Below are positions 26,477-35,600 of a stretch of 64,000 nt of DNA, piece after piece; position 1 is the first letter of the stretch; the number at the start of each line of letters is the position of its first letter. The notes under the pieces were generated by a model, which worked only from the letters and a program-made list of their open reading frames with translations, did no database searches and was not told where the DNA came from. Source of the DNA: Alphaproteobacteria bacterium (lineage in GTDB: Bacteria > Pseudomonadota > Alphaproteobacteria > UBA6615); the NCBI GenBank assembly GCA_965261585.1, contig CBDHDN010000029.1, forward strand, positions 15,193-79,192, in the 5' to 3' direction. The position numbers and the translations under genes were made by a program.

Positions 26477-26965
26477 TCAGCGGAGCAGCAGGATGAGCTG
26501 CTTGCGCAACCCTTCGATGGTCGCGTGCACGCCGTCGGTCGGCAACAGATTGATGCCGAGCGCCGACTTCATGCCATAGGCGACGAGGCCGAGCGGCGCG
26601 ACGATGACCGCGATGAACAGCAGCGCGGCGAAGATGTTGCCGAGGGTGGTCAGGGGGTAGCGCTTGCGGTCGTCGGTGCGCCGCTTCGGCGAGCGCCGCT
26701 CCGGCCCGATCAGCAGCACGACGTAGAAACGGCGCAGTAGGATCGGGATCGACAGCCGCATGTCGATGGTGTGCATGCCCCAGGTGCGCGCGCCAAACGC
26801 CATCTTGATCGCGATCAGCTGGTCGGGGGTGAACGTGCGCGCGGTCTTCTCCGGAATGCGGGTGAAGAACTCCTCGAGGAACGGGTCGCCGCCGGCCGGG
26901 TCGCCGGGCGTCGCGGGCAGCGTCTCCCGGGTGTCCAGCGTCGGCTCGTCAGTATGCGTTGTCAT
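26477..26965 (-). CDS. hypothetical two-TM membrane protein
   Basis: 162-aa ORF with normal codon bias. It lies immediately downstream of the priming transferase, overlapping it by 17 nt. No family recognised. Confidence 0.45.
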   Translation of the reverse strand: MTTHTDEPTLDTRETLPATPGDPAGGDPFLEEFFTRIPEKTARTFTPDQLIAIKMAFGARTWGMHTIDMRLSIPILLRRFYVVLLIGPERRSPKRRTDDRKRYPLTTLGNIFAALLFIAVIVAPLGLVAYGMKSALGINLLPTDGVHATIEGLRKQLILLLR

Positions 26966-28382
26966 GCATGAACCCGACGAACAGCGTCATCACGAGGATG
27001 CGGAGGTCGAACAACAGCGACCAGTTGTCGATGTAGTGCAGGTCGTAGTGCACGGGCCGGCGCATCTTTTCGGCAGTCTCGGTCTCGCCACGCAGGCCGT
27101 TTACCTGGGCCCAGCCGGTGATCCCGGGCTTCACCCGGTGGCGTTCGAGGTATTCGTCGATGAGCGCGGCGTACTGCTCGTTGTGGACGATGGCGTGGGG
27201 GCGGGGGCCGACCAGCGACATCTCGCCGCGCAGCATGTTCAAGAGCTGCGGCAGCTCGTCGATGCTGGTCCGGCGCAGGAAGCGCCCGACCCGGGTCACC
27301 CGCGCGTCGCCTTGTGTCGCCTGCCGGACGCCGGTGCCGCCGTCGGTGTCGACATGCATCGTGCGCAGCTTGAAGACGGTGAACTCGTTGTTGTTGAAGC
27401 CATAGCGCTTCCGCCGGAAGAACGTCGGACCCGGGCTGTCAAAACGCAGGGCCAGCGCCGCCAGGAGGATGATAGGCGTGGTCAGCAACAGCAGCGCCGC
27501 GGCGCCGAACCGGTCCTCGGCTGCCTTGATCAGCAGCTTGCGGCCCGACAGCGGCCGGTCGAATATACTGACCATCGGCACGCCGGCCACGTTCGACAAG
27601 CTGCGCACAGGAAGCTCGAAGCCGATCGCTTCCGGACACCACTTGACGTTTACCGGTGCCGTCTTCAACAGGCGCAACAGGTAGCTGAGCGTGCCTTCGA
27701 CGCCCCAGGGCAGCGCGACGATGATCTCGTCGACGCGGTTGGCACGGATAAAGCGCACCATATCGTCAAAGTCGCCAAGCACGGGCACGCCGGCAATCCG
27801 GGTCGGGACGCGCCGCGTGCGGCGGTCGAAGATCCCTATGATCTCGAGGCTGCCGTCGGAGTTCTCGACGAGCTGCCGGACCAGGCGTTGGCCATAGTCG
27901 CCGGCGCCGACGATGACAACCTGCTGGCGGAAGCGGCCGGCGTCGCACAGGTGGCGAAGCGTCAGCGCCGCGCCGAGGCGCAGCGCCACGAAACCGGTGA
28001 ACGATACGGAGAACCACACCAGAAGCCAGCTGCGGGAGAATGCATCCGACGTCTTCGTCAGGAAGGCGATGGCGATCAGCGCGAGCATCACCGCCGACCA
28101 GCCGCCGCTCAGGCGGCTGATCTGTGGCATCACATGGAGCAGGCGCTGAAACTCGTAGCGCTCCGTGCTTTGCAGGAACTGCGCGGTCAGCGCCACTGCC
28201 AGTACGATAGCCGCCAGGTAGTTGCCGGGCAGGATGAACGTGTCGTGACGCAGCCAATAGGCAACGATGGCGACGAGCGCGACAAGGGCGCAGTCGGCAA
28301 ACCGGATGGCGATGGAAACCGTGGATTGCAGGTCGGCGGCAAAGCGCGACCGGACGGCGGTTCCGTGGGTGCTATCGGTCAT
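26949..28382 (-). CDS. undecaprenyl-phosphate hexose-1-phosphate (priming) transferase, WbaP/ExoY-type
   Basis: ORF 26949..28586 with ATG at 28382. N-terminal TM block, a Rossmann-like middle ([10 protein letters not shown]) and a C-terminal bacterial sugar transferase domain ([18 protein letters not shown]...[21 protein letters not shown]). Confidence 0.85.
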   Translation of the reverse strand: MTDSTHGTAVRSRFAADLQSTVSIAIRFADCALVALVAIVAYWLRHDTFILPGNYLAAIVLAVALTAQFLQSTERYEFQRLLHVMPQISRLSGGWSAVMLALIAIAFLTKTSDAFSRSWLLVWFSVSFTGFVALRLGAALTLRHLCDAGRFRQQVVIVGAGDYGQRLVRQLVENSDGSLEIIGIFDRRTRRVPTRIAGVPVLGDFDDMVRFIRANRVDEIIVALPWGVEGTLSYLLRLLKTAPVNVKWCPEAIGFELPVRSLSNVAGVPMVSIFDRPLSGRKLLIKAAEDRFGAAALLLLTTPIILLAALALRFDSPGPTFFRRKRYGFNNNEFTVFKLRTMHVDTDGGTGVRQATQGDARVTRVGRFLRRTSIDELPQLLNMLRGEMSLVGPRPHAIVHNEQYAALIDEYLERHRVKPGITGWAQVNGLRGETETAEKMRRPVHYDLHYIDNWSLLFDLRILVMTLFVGFMHDNAY

Positions 28383-28633
28383 TGCAGCTGGATTGCGCGG
28401 ATTTCGCCGGCGCAGGGCCAACCGCGAGGTCGGAGGGCGCTGCACTGACCATGATCGGGGGCAAGCGTTAAGACATAACAAAGACCGCGCCGTTAGAGTC
28501 AGCCGCACATATCGGCGCGCCCGGCCGCTTGGCCGGATGCCGCGCGCCCTGCCCCCGTTGCAGCGGACGAGCCTCGTCATGCGCATTTTCGCCGCCGTCG
28601 CCGCTCCGGCAGGAGTGTGTTAGAAAGGGCTCC

Positions 28634-29410
28634 ATGCTGACCTGGTTGTTGGGTTCCAAGAGCCCGCGCGGCCGCGCCGTACCGGACGACTGGCTGCCGC
28701 GGGTCCCGCCCGACACAACCGTCTACGCGATCGGCGACGTGCACGGGCGGCTCGATTTGTTGGAGAACCTGGAAGAGCAGATCGTCCGCGACGCGGCCCG
28801 GCAGGCGACGGCGCGCAACGTGGTCGTCTATCTCGGCGACTATGTCGACCGCGGCTACGACTCGTTGGGCGTTGTCGAGCATCTGATCGACAAGCCGCTC
28901 AAGGATTTCGAGCAGGTCTACCTCAAGGGCAACCACGAGGATTTCCTGTTGCAATTTCTCGACGACCAGAGGGTCGGCCCGGTCTGGATGGCCAATGGCG
29001 GCCTCGAGACGCTGATGAGCTATGGCGTTCGCCTGCCCCACGGCCAGCCGCAGCAGGAACGGCTGGCCGCCGCCCAGGCCGGGCTGCGCGAGGCGCTGCC
29101 GGCACGGCATCTGAAGTTCATGCGGGGCCTGAAGCTGACGCACAGAGAGGGCGACTATCTGTTCGTCCACGCCGGCGTTCGGCCAGGCGTCGCGATCGAG
29201 GAGCAGCAGCCCGAGGATTTGATTTGGATCCGCGAGGAGTTCCTGAACGACGAGTCGTTCCACGACTGCATCGTCGTACATGGCCACACGCCGATGGCGG
29301 TGCCGCAGGTCATGGCTAACCGCATCGGCATCGATACCGGCGCGTTCGCGACCGGGTGCCTGACCAGCGTGGCGCTCGAGGGCGGCGCCCAAGACTTCCT
29401 CGACACCTAA
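28634..29410 (+). CDS. PPP-family metallophosphoesterase (Ser/Thr protein phosphatase, PrpA/ApaH-like)
   Basis: ORF 28529..29410 with ATG at 28634. Motifs AIGDVHG, GDYVDRG, GNHE and VHGHT are all present. Confidence 0.8.
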   Translation: MLTWLLGSKSPRGRAVPDDWLPRVPPDTTVYAIGDVHGRLDLLENLEEQIVRDAARQATARNVVVYLGDYVDRGYDSLGVVEHLIDKPLKDFEQVYLKGNHEDFLLQFLDDQRVGPVWMANGGLETLMSYGVRLPHGQPQQERLAAAQAGLREALPARHLKFMRGLKLTHREGDYLFVHAGVRPGVAIEEQQPEDLIWIREEFLNDESFHDCIVVHGHTPMAVPQVMANRIGIDTGAFATGCLTSVALEGGAQDFLDT

Positions 29411-29420
29411 GGCGCGCGGA

Positions 29421-30464
29421 ATGCCGTCGGCGACCTCCTCGGGGGACGACGGGGCCCGTGCCGGCGCGCGCCTGTGGCGTGCCGTGGCGAGCGGAGAGCG
29501 CGATGGCGTTGCCCAGGACGCGGCCCAGCGGTTTGCCGCGCTGGTGTCGCCGGCGTTGGCGGAGCATGTGCTCGGCGGGGACGGAATCGACGCCGATCAG
29601 GCGGCCCACAGCCGGCTCAACAACCGCCTGAACGGCGGCGTTCAGCGCCGCTGGGCCGGCGATATCGGCGGCCTCGGCATTCCGCTGGTCTATCTCAAGG
29701 GCTTTGCCCTGGCCCATACGCTCTACGACGACCCCGACGTGCGCACGATCGGCGATCTGGACGTGCTCGTCCGGGCCGCCGACCGGGACCGGCTGATCGC
29801 GGCGTTGGCCGATCGCGGCTTTAATTTTCAACCGCAGCCACGAGCGCCCTGGGGCTTCATATCGCGCGCCAGCTATATGCCGTTCGTTTCGGCCGACGGG
29901 CTGTGCAACCTGGATATCCACATCCACCCCGACTGCTATCCGGCCTATCGGAGCCTGACGACGGAGCTGGTCTTTGCAGCCGCCGACGCCGTTCACGTCG
30001 GCGATACGACGATCCGGGTGCCCGATGCCGGCCACAGCTTTCTGCTGTGCGTGACCAACGCGGCCAAGGACAAGTTCGGGCCCTACGCGATCCGCAAGCT
30101 GGTCGATGCCGCGATGCTCGTGCGCCGCCGGCGGCTGGATTGGGACGGCCTCGCGGCGCTTGCCCGCGCCGGTCGTTTCTGGACGCCCTATGCGGTGGTC
30201 CTGACGGTGCTGGCGCGGCTCGGCGTGCCGGCCAGCCGTTTGCCCGCACCGCCGCGCCTGCCGCGTCGCGCGGCGTGGGCTTTGCCCGGCCTGGTGCACG
30301 CCATCGAGGCGCTCGATGCGACGGAGCCGGGGCTTGGCCGGACCGCCTGGCGCGAGCTGACGCTGTGTACGGAGCCGCTCGTCGGTCTGCACAATTTGTG
30401 GCTGCGGGCCCACGGCCTGGTCCGGCCGGGTCGCGGGATCCCCGAGCATGCGCCGGTCCAGTAG
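29421..30464 (+). CDS. uncharacterised nucleotidyltransferase-family protein (NTP_transf_5-like)
   Basis: 347 aa. YLKGFALAHTLYDDPDVRTIGDLDVLVRAADRDR...NLDIHIHP matches the GDxD-type motif I recall for this uncharacterised family. The gene sits in the EPS locus. Confidence 0.55.
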   Translation: MPSATSSGDDGARAGARLWRAVASGERDGVAQDAAQRFAALVSPALAEHVLGGDGIDADQAAHSRLNNRLNGGVQRRWAGDIGGLGIPLVYLKGFALAHTLYDDPDVRTIGDLDVLVRAADRDRLIAALADRGFNFQPQPRAPWGFISRASYMPFVSADGLCNLDIHIHPDCYPAYRSLTTELVFAAADAVHVGDTTIRVPDAGHSFLLCVTNAAKDKFGPYAIRKLVDAAMLVRRRRLDWDGLAALARAGRFWTPYAVVLTVLARLGVPASRLPAPPRLPRRAAWALPGLVHAIEALDATEPGLGRTAWRELTLCTEPLVGLHNLWLRAHGLVRPGRGIPEHAPVQ

Positions 30465-31791
30465 CCGGCCGGCCGCCGACGCGCCGGGCTTCGGCCTGAC
30501 CGGGCTGCGGCGGCGCCTGTTGAAAGGCCTCGCCGGGCACGCCTTCAACCAGCCCCTGGGTATCCTGATCCAGCTGGTCAGCGTGCCGCTGCTGCTCGCC
30601 GCCTGGGGCGTGCAGATGTATGGCGAGTGGCTGATCGTGATGGCCATTCCGGCCTATTTGGTGCGCAGCGACATCGGCTTCACGACGGCCGCCTACAACG
30701 AGATCGCCATGCAGTCCGGGCGTGGCGACCGGGCCGGTGCCGGCGCCACGTTTCAGACCTGCTGGTTGGTCGTCACGGCAAGCTCGCTGGTCGCGGCGCT
30801 GCTAGTCATCGTGGCGGCGCATGTGGTGCCGGTCGGCGCGTGGTTCGGGTTCACCGCGCTGGTGCCGGCGGCCGTCGCCTGGATCGTCGTCGCCCCGGTC
30901 GTGCGGGTCGTGATCAACATCCAGACCGAGCTCCTGAACGCCGGTTTCGTCAGTGCCGGTGCCTACGGACGCGGCGCGTTCATGCAGGGACTGATCCGCC
31001 TGCTCGAATTCCTGCTGCGGGTCGGCGCCGTCGTGATAGTCGTGGCGATGCGGCGCGTCAGCCCGTGGCTGCACCATGGCGTGGCCGCGGCCAACCGGCG
31101 GACGGCGCGTCGGCTGCTCGGCCCCGGCCTGGGTTTTTGCGGCATGACGGTGGCCAACATGCTGAAGATCCAGGGCATGGTGCTGGTCGTCGGCGCGGTC
31201 CTCGGTCCGGCGGCCGTCGTCGTCTATTCGACGCTGCGCATGCTGACCCGCTCGCTCGAGCAGATCCTGAGCACGTTCCACTCCACCGTGCAGCCCGAGA
31301 TCGCGGCCGCCCACGGGCAAGGTAACATGCCCCTGATGCGCCAGCTCCACGGCGGCGCCTGCCGGGTCGCCCTGTGGCTGGCGCTTGCCGCCGCCGCCGG
31401 GCTGGCCGTCGCGGGCCCCTGGTTCGTCGGTGTGTGGACAGGCGGCGCGGTCGCCGTGCCGGGGCCGCTGTACGCGGCGCTGATTGCCGTCATGGTGCTC
31501 AACAGCATCTGGATCGCCACGCTGCTCGTGCTCCACGGCCTGAATCGCAGCCGCCGGCTCGCGGTTGCCAACCTCGCCATCGTCGCCGTCGGCCTGGGCG
31601 CCGCGGCGGTGTTGGGTGGCACCATGGGCCTCACCGGCGTCGGCCTGGCGCTGCTCGGCGTCGAGGCGGGCATGACGGGCACCATCGTCAACCGCACGCT
31701 GCGCCTGCTGGAATCGCCGCTGTTCGGGTTTGCGCGGGCGCTGGCGCGGCCGCCGGTCGATATCCTGCGGCATGCCCGCGGAGCGGCCTGA
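30448..31791 (+). CDS. polytopic membrane protein, probable oligosaccharide flippase (MOP/Wzx-like)
   Basis: 447 aa with about 12 hydrophobic segments, located between the nucleotidyltransferase and the GT4. Called from topology and context only. Confidence 0.5.
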   Translation: MRRSSSRPAADAPGFGLTGLRRRLLKGLAGHAFNQPLGILIQLVSVPLLLAAWGVQMYGEWLIVMAIPAYLVRSDIGFTTAAYNEIAMQSGRGDRAGAGATFQTCWLVVTASSLVAALLVIVAAHVVPVGAWFGFTALVPAAVAWIVVAPVVRVVINIQTELLNAGFVSAGAYGRGAFMQGLIRLLEFLLRVGAVVIVVAMRRVSPWLHHGVAAANRRTARRLLGPGLGFCGMTVANMLKIQGMVLVVGAVLGPAAVVVYSTLRMLTRSLEQILSTFHSTVQPEIAAAHGQGNMPLMRQLHGGACRVALWLALAAAAGLAVAGPWFVGVWTGGAVAVPGPLYAALIAVMVLNSIWIATLLVLHGLNRSRRLAVANLAIVAVGLGAAAVLGGTMGLTGVGLALLGVEAGMTGTIVNRTLRLLESPLFGFARALARPPVDILRHARGAA

Positions 31792-32623
31792 TGCAGCTGA
31801 TCGTCTCCAACGGCCACGGCCTGTTCCCGCTGCGCACCGCGGCGGCGGAGGCCATCCGCAACGGCATTCCGGCGGCGTTCGTGACCGGCGCCTACCCCAT
31901 GCCGTGGCTGAAACGGCTGCTCGTAGGCGCCGGCCTGGCCGGCGGCCGTCGGGTCGGGCGGCTGCTGGCGCGCGAGGAGGCGATCCCGCCCGAGCGTGTC
32001 CATGCGATGTGGCTCTCGGAGCCGCTGGCCCAGTTCGGCAGCGCCCTGGCCCAGCTGCCGGCGGCACGACGGCTGGGCGACCGCACGACCGAGCTCGCCC
32101 GGGCGGTCTATGCAGGCCGGGCGACGGCGGTCATGCGGCGGGTCTCGGCGGCGGCGCCCGGGATCTACCACTACCGCTCGGGCTATGGCGGTGGCTCCGT
32201 GGCGGTGGCCAAGGCGCGCGGCCTCGTTGCCCTGTGCGACCATTCGATCGCGCACCCGGCGGTGCTCGACCACCTGGTGGAGAATAACGGCCGGCTGCCG
32301 CCCGTCGGCCAGGCGGGGCCGGTGCGCGGCAGCTGGCGTGGGGTCGCCGCCGACTTGGCCCGGGCCGATCATGTGCTGGTCAACTCGCACTTCGTGCGCG
32401 ACACGTTCCGCCACCAGGGCTGGGAAGAGAAGCGCCTGCACGTCCTCTATTCCGGCGTCGATCGGCGCTTCCTCGAGGCCCTGCCGCCGCGGCCCGCCGC
32501 GGCGGTCACCGACGGGCCGCCGCGCCTGCTGTACGCCGGGGCGTTCAGCAGACGGAAGGGCGCACCGGACCTGGCCGCGGCCCTGGCCGGCCTGAACGAC
32601 GTCGAGTGGCGGCTGGAGATCTG
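31791..32623 (+). pseudogene. GT4-type glycosyltransferase, 3'-truncated at a group II intron junction
   Basis: ATG at 31791 (TGATG junction with the flippase) gives MQLIVSNGHGLFPLR...VNSHFVRDTFRHQGWEEKRLHVLYSGVD...PRLLYAGAFSRRKGAPDLAAALAGLNDVEWRLEI. It then runs into GTGCG at 32624. The C-terminal Rossmann half with the EX7E region is missing. Confidence 0.65.
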
Positions 32624-34536
32624 GTGCGCCAGGCGAACTGGCAGAAGGTAGGGGGTGCAAGTCCCCCGGAACGAAGGAGTAACCGAACCACGTTTCTCCG
32701 CGAGCCGTGCGTTGGCTCCCGTGAGGGGGCAGGCGAAGCGTCGGTAGCGGCATGGATGGGCAGGGCTATTGAGCACCGTAAAAGCGATGGTCCGGGGTGC
32801 CGAGGCTTTCAGATCGGTCGAAGGCAATATTGCAGGCGTCGTTTTGGTGAGATGTCGGCGAGCCCCGCGGTGTCAGAGAACCCATGCACGTTCGCACGCC
32901 TTCTGTTGGGACCCTGGGAGGTCTTCAAACTGCCCCGGTTGTCGTAAAGGGGCCGCGTAGGGAATGGAGAAAACCGAAGCCTCTGATGAACGGTTTGAAG
33001 AAGTCGGATGAGGCCGTACGACCTGTGAGGGCGGCGAACAAGGGAGCGCGAGCTTCTGCGGAGTCGCCGGAGGAAAGGGCCTCAACCAAGGGGAATCCGG
33101 ATTGCCAAAGCACGCGCCGAACCCAGTGTCGGGTAAGCGTGCCACAGGCGGCGGCCCGGATACGGAAAGCTGCAGAGAGAAACCCGAAGGAACGTCTCAC
33201 TGCGCTCTTCCACCACATTACGCCGGACGCGCTCGGTGCGGCCTACTTCGCATTGAAGAAGGACGCAGCAGCCGGTGTCGACGGCGTTACGTGGGACATG
33301 TACGGCGAGGGTCTGGATGAGCGCCTGCTCGACCTGCACCGGCGCCTGCACAGAGGGGGAGCGTACCGGGCGCCACCGGTTCGGCGGGTAGAGGTACCCA
33401 AGCCGGACGGGGGGACACGACCGCTCGGGATCGCGGCGCTGGAGGACAAGGTCGTCCAGAAGGCGGTTGTGGATGTGATCCTGACACCGATCTACGAGGT
33501 GGTGTTTCTTGGCTTCAGCTACGGGTTCCGACCGGGGCGGGGGGCGCACGATGCGCTCGATGCCCTGGCCTTCGGGATAGAACGGCGCAAGGTCAGCTGG
33601 ATAGTCGATGCAGACCTCCGGGCGTACTTCGACACGATCCCGCGGGATTGGTTGATCACGTTCCTAGAGCACCGCATCGGAGACAGGCGGGTCATCCGTC
33701 TGATCCGGAAATGGCTGAGCGCCGGCGTCATAGAGAGTGGGTCATGGGCAGATACGGGTATGGGCACGCCGCAGGGGGCAATAGTCTCCCCCGTCTTGGC
33801 GAACGTGTTCCTGCATTACGTGCTCGACGTGTGGTTCCACAAGAAATGGCGCCCGAACGTCCCGGATGGCGAAGCGATCATCGTCCGTTACGCTGACGAT
33901 ATCGTTGTCGGGTTCCAACACAAGCGGGATGCGGAGCGGTACCTCCGCGACGTTCGGGAGAGGCTGGCCCGGTTCGGTCTCAGCCTCCACCAGGACAAGA
34001 CCCGCCTCGTGGAGTTTGGCCGGTTCGCGGATTTGAACCGGCGCCAGCGCGGGGTGGGCAAGCCGGAGACTTTCGACTTTCTGGGCCTCACGCACTATTG
34101 CACGACGACCCTGAGAGGACGCTTTCGGCTTGGTCGCAAACCGGTTGCCAAACGGGTCAACAGGACCCTGGCGCGCATCGACGAGGTGCTTCGCAAGCGC
34201 TGGCACCACGACATCTGGGAAGTTGGTAGGTGGCTGGGGAGAGTCTGCAATGGCTGGCTCAACTACTTTGCCGTCCCAGGGTCAGGCCGGTTCATCCGTG
34301 CGTTCCTCCGCAGGCTGCAACGCCGGTGGATGCGGGCGCTACGCCGCCGGTCCCAGCGAGCCCGATTTAGTTGGAAGCGACTGGAGCGCATGACCGAAAT
34401 CCTGTGGCCACGCGCCTCCATCCGCCACCCATGGCCGGACCAGCGGTTCGCCGTCAAGCACCCGAGGTAGGAGCCGGATGGTTCAACGACCACGTCCGGA
34501 TCTGCGCGGGGGGTGCGCAGCAATGCGCATTCCTAC
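32624..34536 (+). mobile_element. group II intron (about 1.9 kb) with intron-encoded protein
   Basis: 5' GTGCGCC at 32624. RT/maturase ORF in domain IV. Domain V-like hairpin GAGCCGGATGGTTCAACGACCACGTCCGGATC at 34471-34502, directly after the ORF stop. Domain VI-like hairpin GGTGCGCAGCAATGCGCATTCCTAC with a bulged A 8 nt from the proposed 3' end (34536). The 3' boundary is inferred, not proven. Confidence 0.75.
32986..34470 (+). CDS. ltrA: group II intron reverse transcriptase/maturase
   Basis: ORF 32884..34470, likely ATG at 32986 (MNGLKKSDEAVRP...). RT blocks are PKPDGGTRPLGIAALEDKVVQ, ADLRAYFDTIPRD, QGAIVSPVLANVFL and YADDIVVGF. A maturase X domain follows (WLNYFAV). Confidence 0.9.
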   Translation: MNGLKKSDEAVRPVRAANKGARASAESPEERASTKGNPDCQSTRRTQCRVSVPQAAARIRKAAERNPKERLTALFHHITPDALGAAYFALKKDAAAGVDGVTWDMYGEGLDERLLDLHRRLHRGGAYRAPPVRRVEVPKPDGGTRPLGIAALEDKVVQKAVVDVILTPIYEVVFLGFSYGFRPGRGAHDALDALAFGIERRKVSWIVDADLRAYFDTIPRDWLITFLEHRIGDRRVIRLIRKWLSAGVIESGSWADTGMGTPQGAIVSPVLANVFLHYVLDVWFHKKWRPNVPDGEAIIVRYADDIVVGFQHKRDAERYLRDVRERLARFGLSLHQDKTRLVEFGRFADLNRRQRGVGKPETFDFLGLTHYCTTTLRGRFRLGRKPVAKRVNRTLARIDEVLRKRWHHDIWEVGRWLGRVCNGWLNYFAVPGSGRFIRAFLRRLQRRWMRALRRRSQRARFSWKRLERMTEILWPRASIRHPWPDQRFAVKHPR

Positions 34537-34737
34537 CGTAACTGGGGGGAGGGGCTCGGCAACGACCCCTCCTACCCGGCCGCTGCCAGTTTGGCCGGGT
34601 AGCCGACCTCCGCCTCCAGCTAGCCGGCTGGATCCGCGCTACCGCCCGTCGGCGCGATCTGCGCCTCGTCGCGCGCACCCCGCAGGCGGTCAATCCCGCC
34701 CGCGTCCGCCCCGAGCGCCGGCGTCAGCGTGGCTGAA

Positions 34738-35261
34738 CTACCGATAAGCCGAGGCATGGGGAAGACTTTCCCGGATGTCCGGGATACCGGTCAGAAAGAT
34801 CACCTCATCTTTATGACCCGAATAAGCGCAGAAGATGTATTCGTTCCAATGGTTGGGATCCGGACCGTACTTCATCAGACGGCCGTGCGCGTCATCCGTC
34901 CCGGGTGGTCTCTTCTTCGCCTTCATCCGCGCGAGCTCGCGCTCCAGATAGTCGACAAAGGCCGTTCGGGATAGTCCCGGATTACGTAGGGCGTGTTGAA
35001 CACGATATGGTGGCGGCACAGGCGGTTGGGCGGCGGCAGCACGCGCACGAACCAGATCTGCCCCTCGCGCCCGGTATAGCCGGCTGGAACCGTGCAGGAA
35101 ACGATCTCCCGCGTGCCGACTTCGCGCAGCAGAACCCCGTCGCCCTCGCTGCCGCACCGCACGTAGAAGCCCATCCTCGACTGCTGCATCCGCTCCACGG
35201 TGTCCATCAGCCAGGACGGGCTATCGAACGCGGGCGCGATGCGCAGAATGCAGCTGCCCAT
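34738..35261 (-). pseudogene. hypothetical protein, frameshifted; IS3 element abuts its start codon
   Basis: ORF 34923..35261 (MGSCILRIAPAFDSPSWLMDTVERMQQSRMGFYVRCGSEGDGVLLREVGTREIVSCTVPAGYTGREGQIWFVRVLPPPNRLCRHHIVFNTPYVIRDYPE) continues sensibly only in the frame of ORF 34738..35157 (RTAFVDYLERELARMKAKKRPPGTDDAHGRLMKYGPDPNHWNEYIFCAYSGHKDEVIFLTG...). The switch is at about 34958-34972. Confidence 0.4.
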
Positions 35262-35315
35262 GGTTGGTCTTGCTTCGCAAAAGTGGAGAGCACCTACTGA
35301 AACAGGAGGTGTTAA

Positions 35316-35600
35316 ATGGGGCGAGGAATCAGGTTTACGACGGAGTTCAAGCGCGAGGCGGTGCGCCTAGTGCTGAGTAGTGGCCGGCCGCGGACAGAGA
35401 TCGCGGAGGACCTTGGGGTCGGGCTGTCATCGCTGACACGCTGGATCGGTCAATATCGCGGTGAAGAGATGCCGCCAGAGTTCCGGGACGACCTGCAGGC
35501 CGAGTTGAAGCGGCTGCGCAAAGAGAATGCGGTTCTCCGGCAGGAGCGTGACATTCTAAAAAAAGCCGCGGCCTTCTTCGCGAAGGAGGGAAGTCGATGA
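35316..35600 (+). CDS. IS3-family transposase OrfA (HTH)
   Basis: MGRGIRFTTEFKREAVRLV...LGVGLSSLTRWIGQYRG...LKRLRKENAVLRQERDILKKAAAFFAKE is the typical IS3/IS407-group OrfA with a leucine zipper. Confidence 0.9.
   Translation: MGRGIRFTTEFKREAVRLVLSSGRPRTEIAEDLGVGLSSLTRWIGQYRGEEMPPEFRDDLQAELKRLRKENAVLRQERDILKKAAAFFAKEGSR
35558..35565 (+). promoter_or_regulatory. A7G slippery run, candidate programmed -1 ribosomal frameshift site producing OrfAB
   Basis: CTA AAA AAA GCC in orfA. orfB is in the -1 frame, and slipping here gives ...DILKKSRGLLREGGKSMRFALID. Confidence 0.6.
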
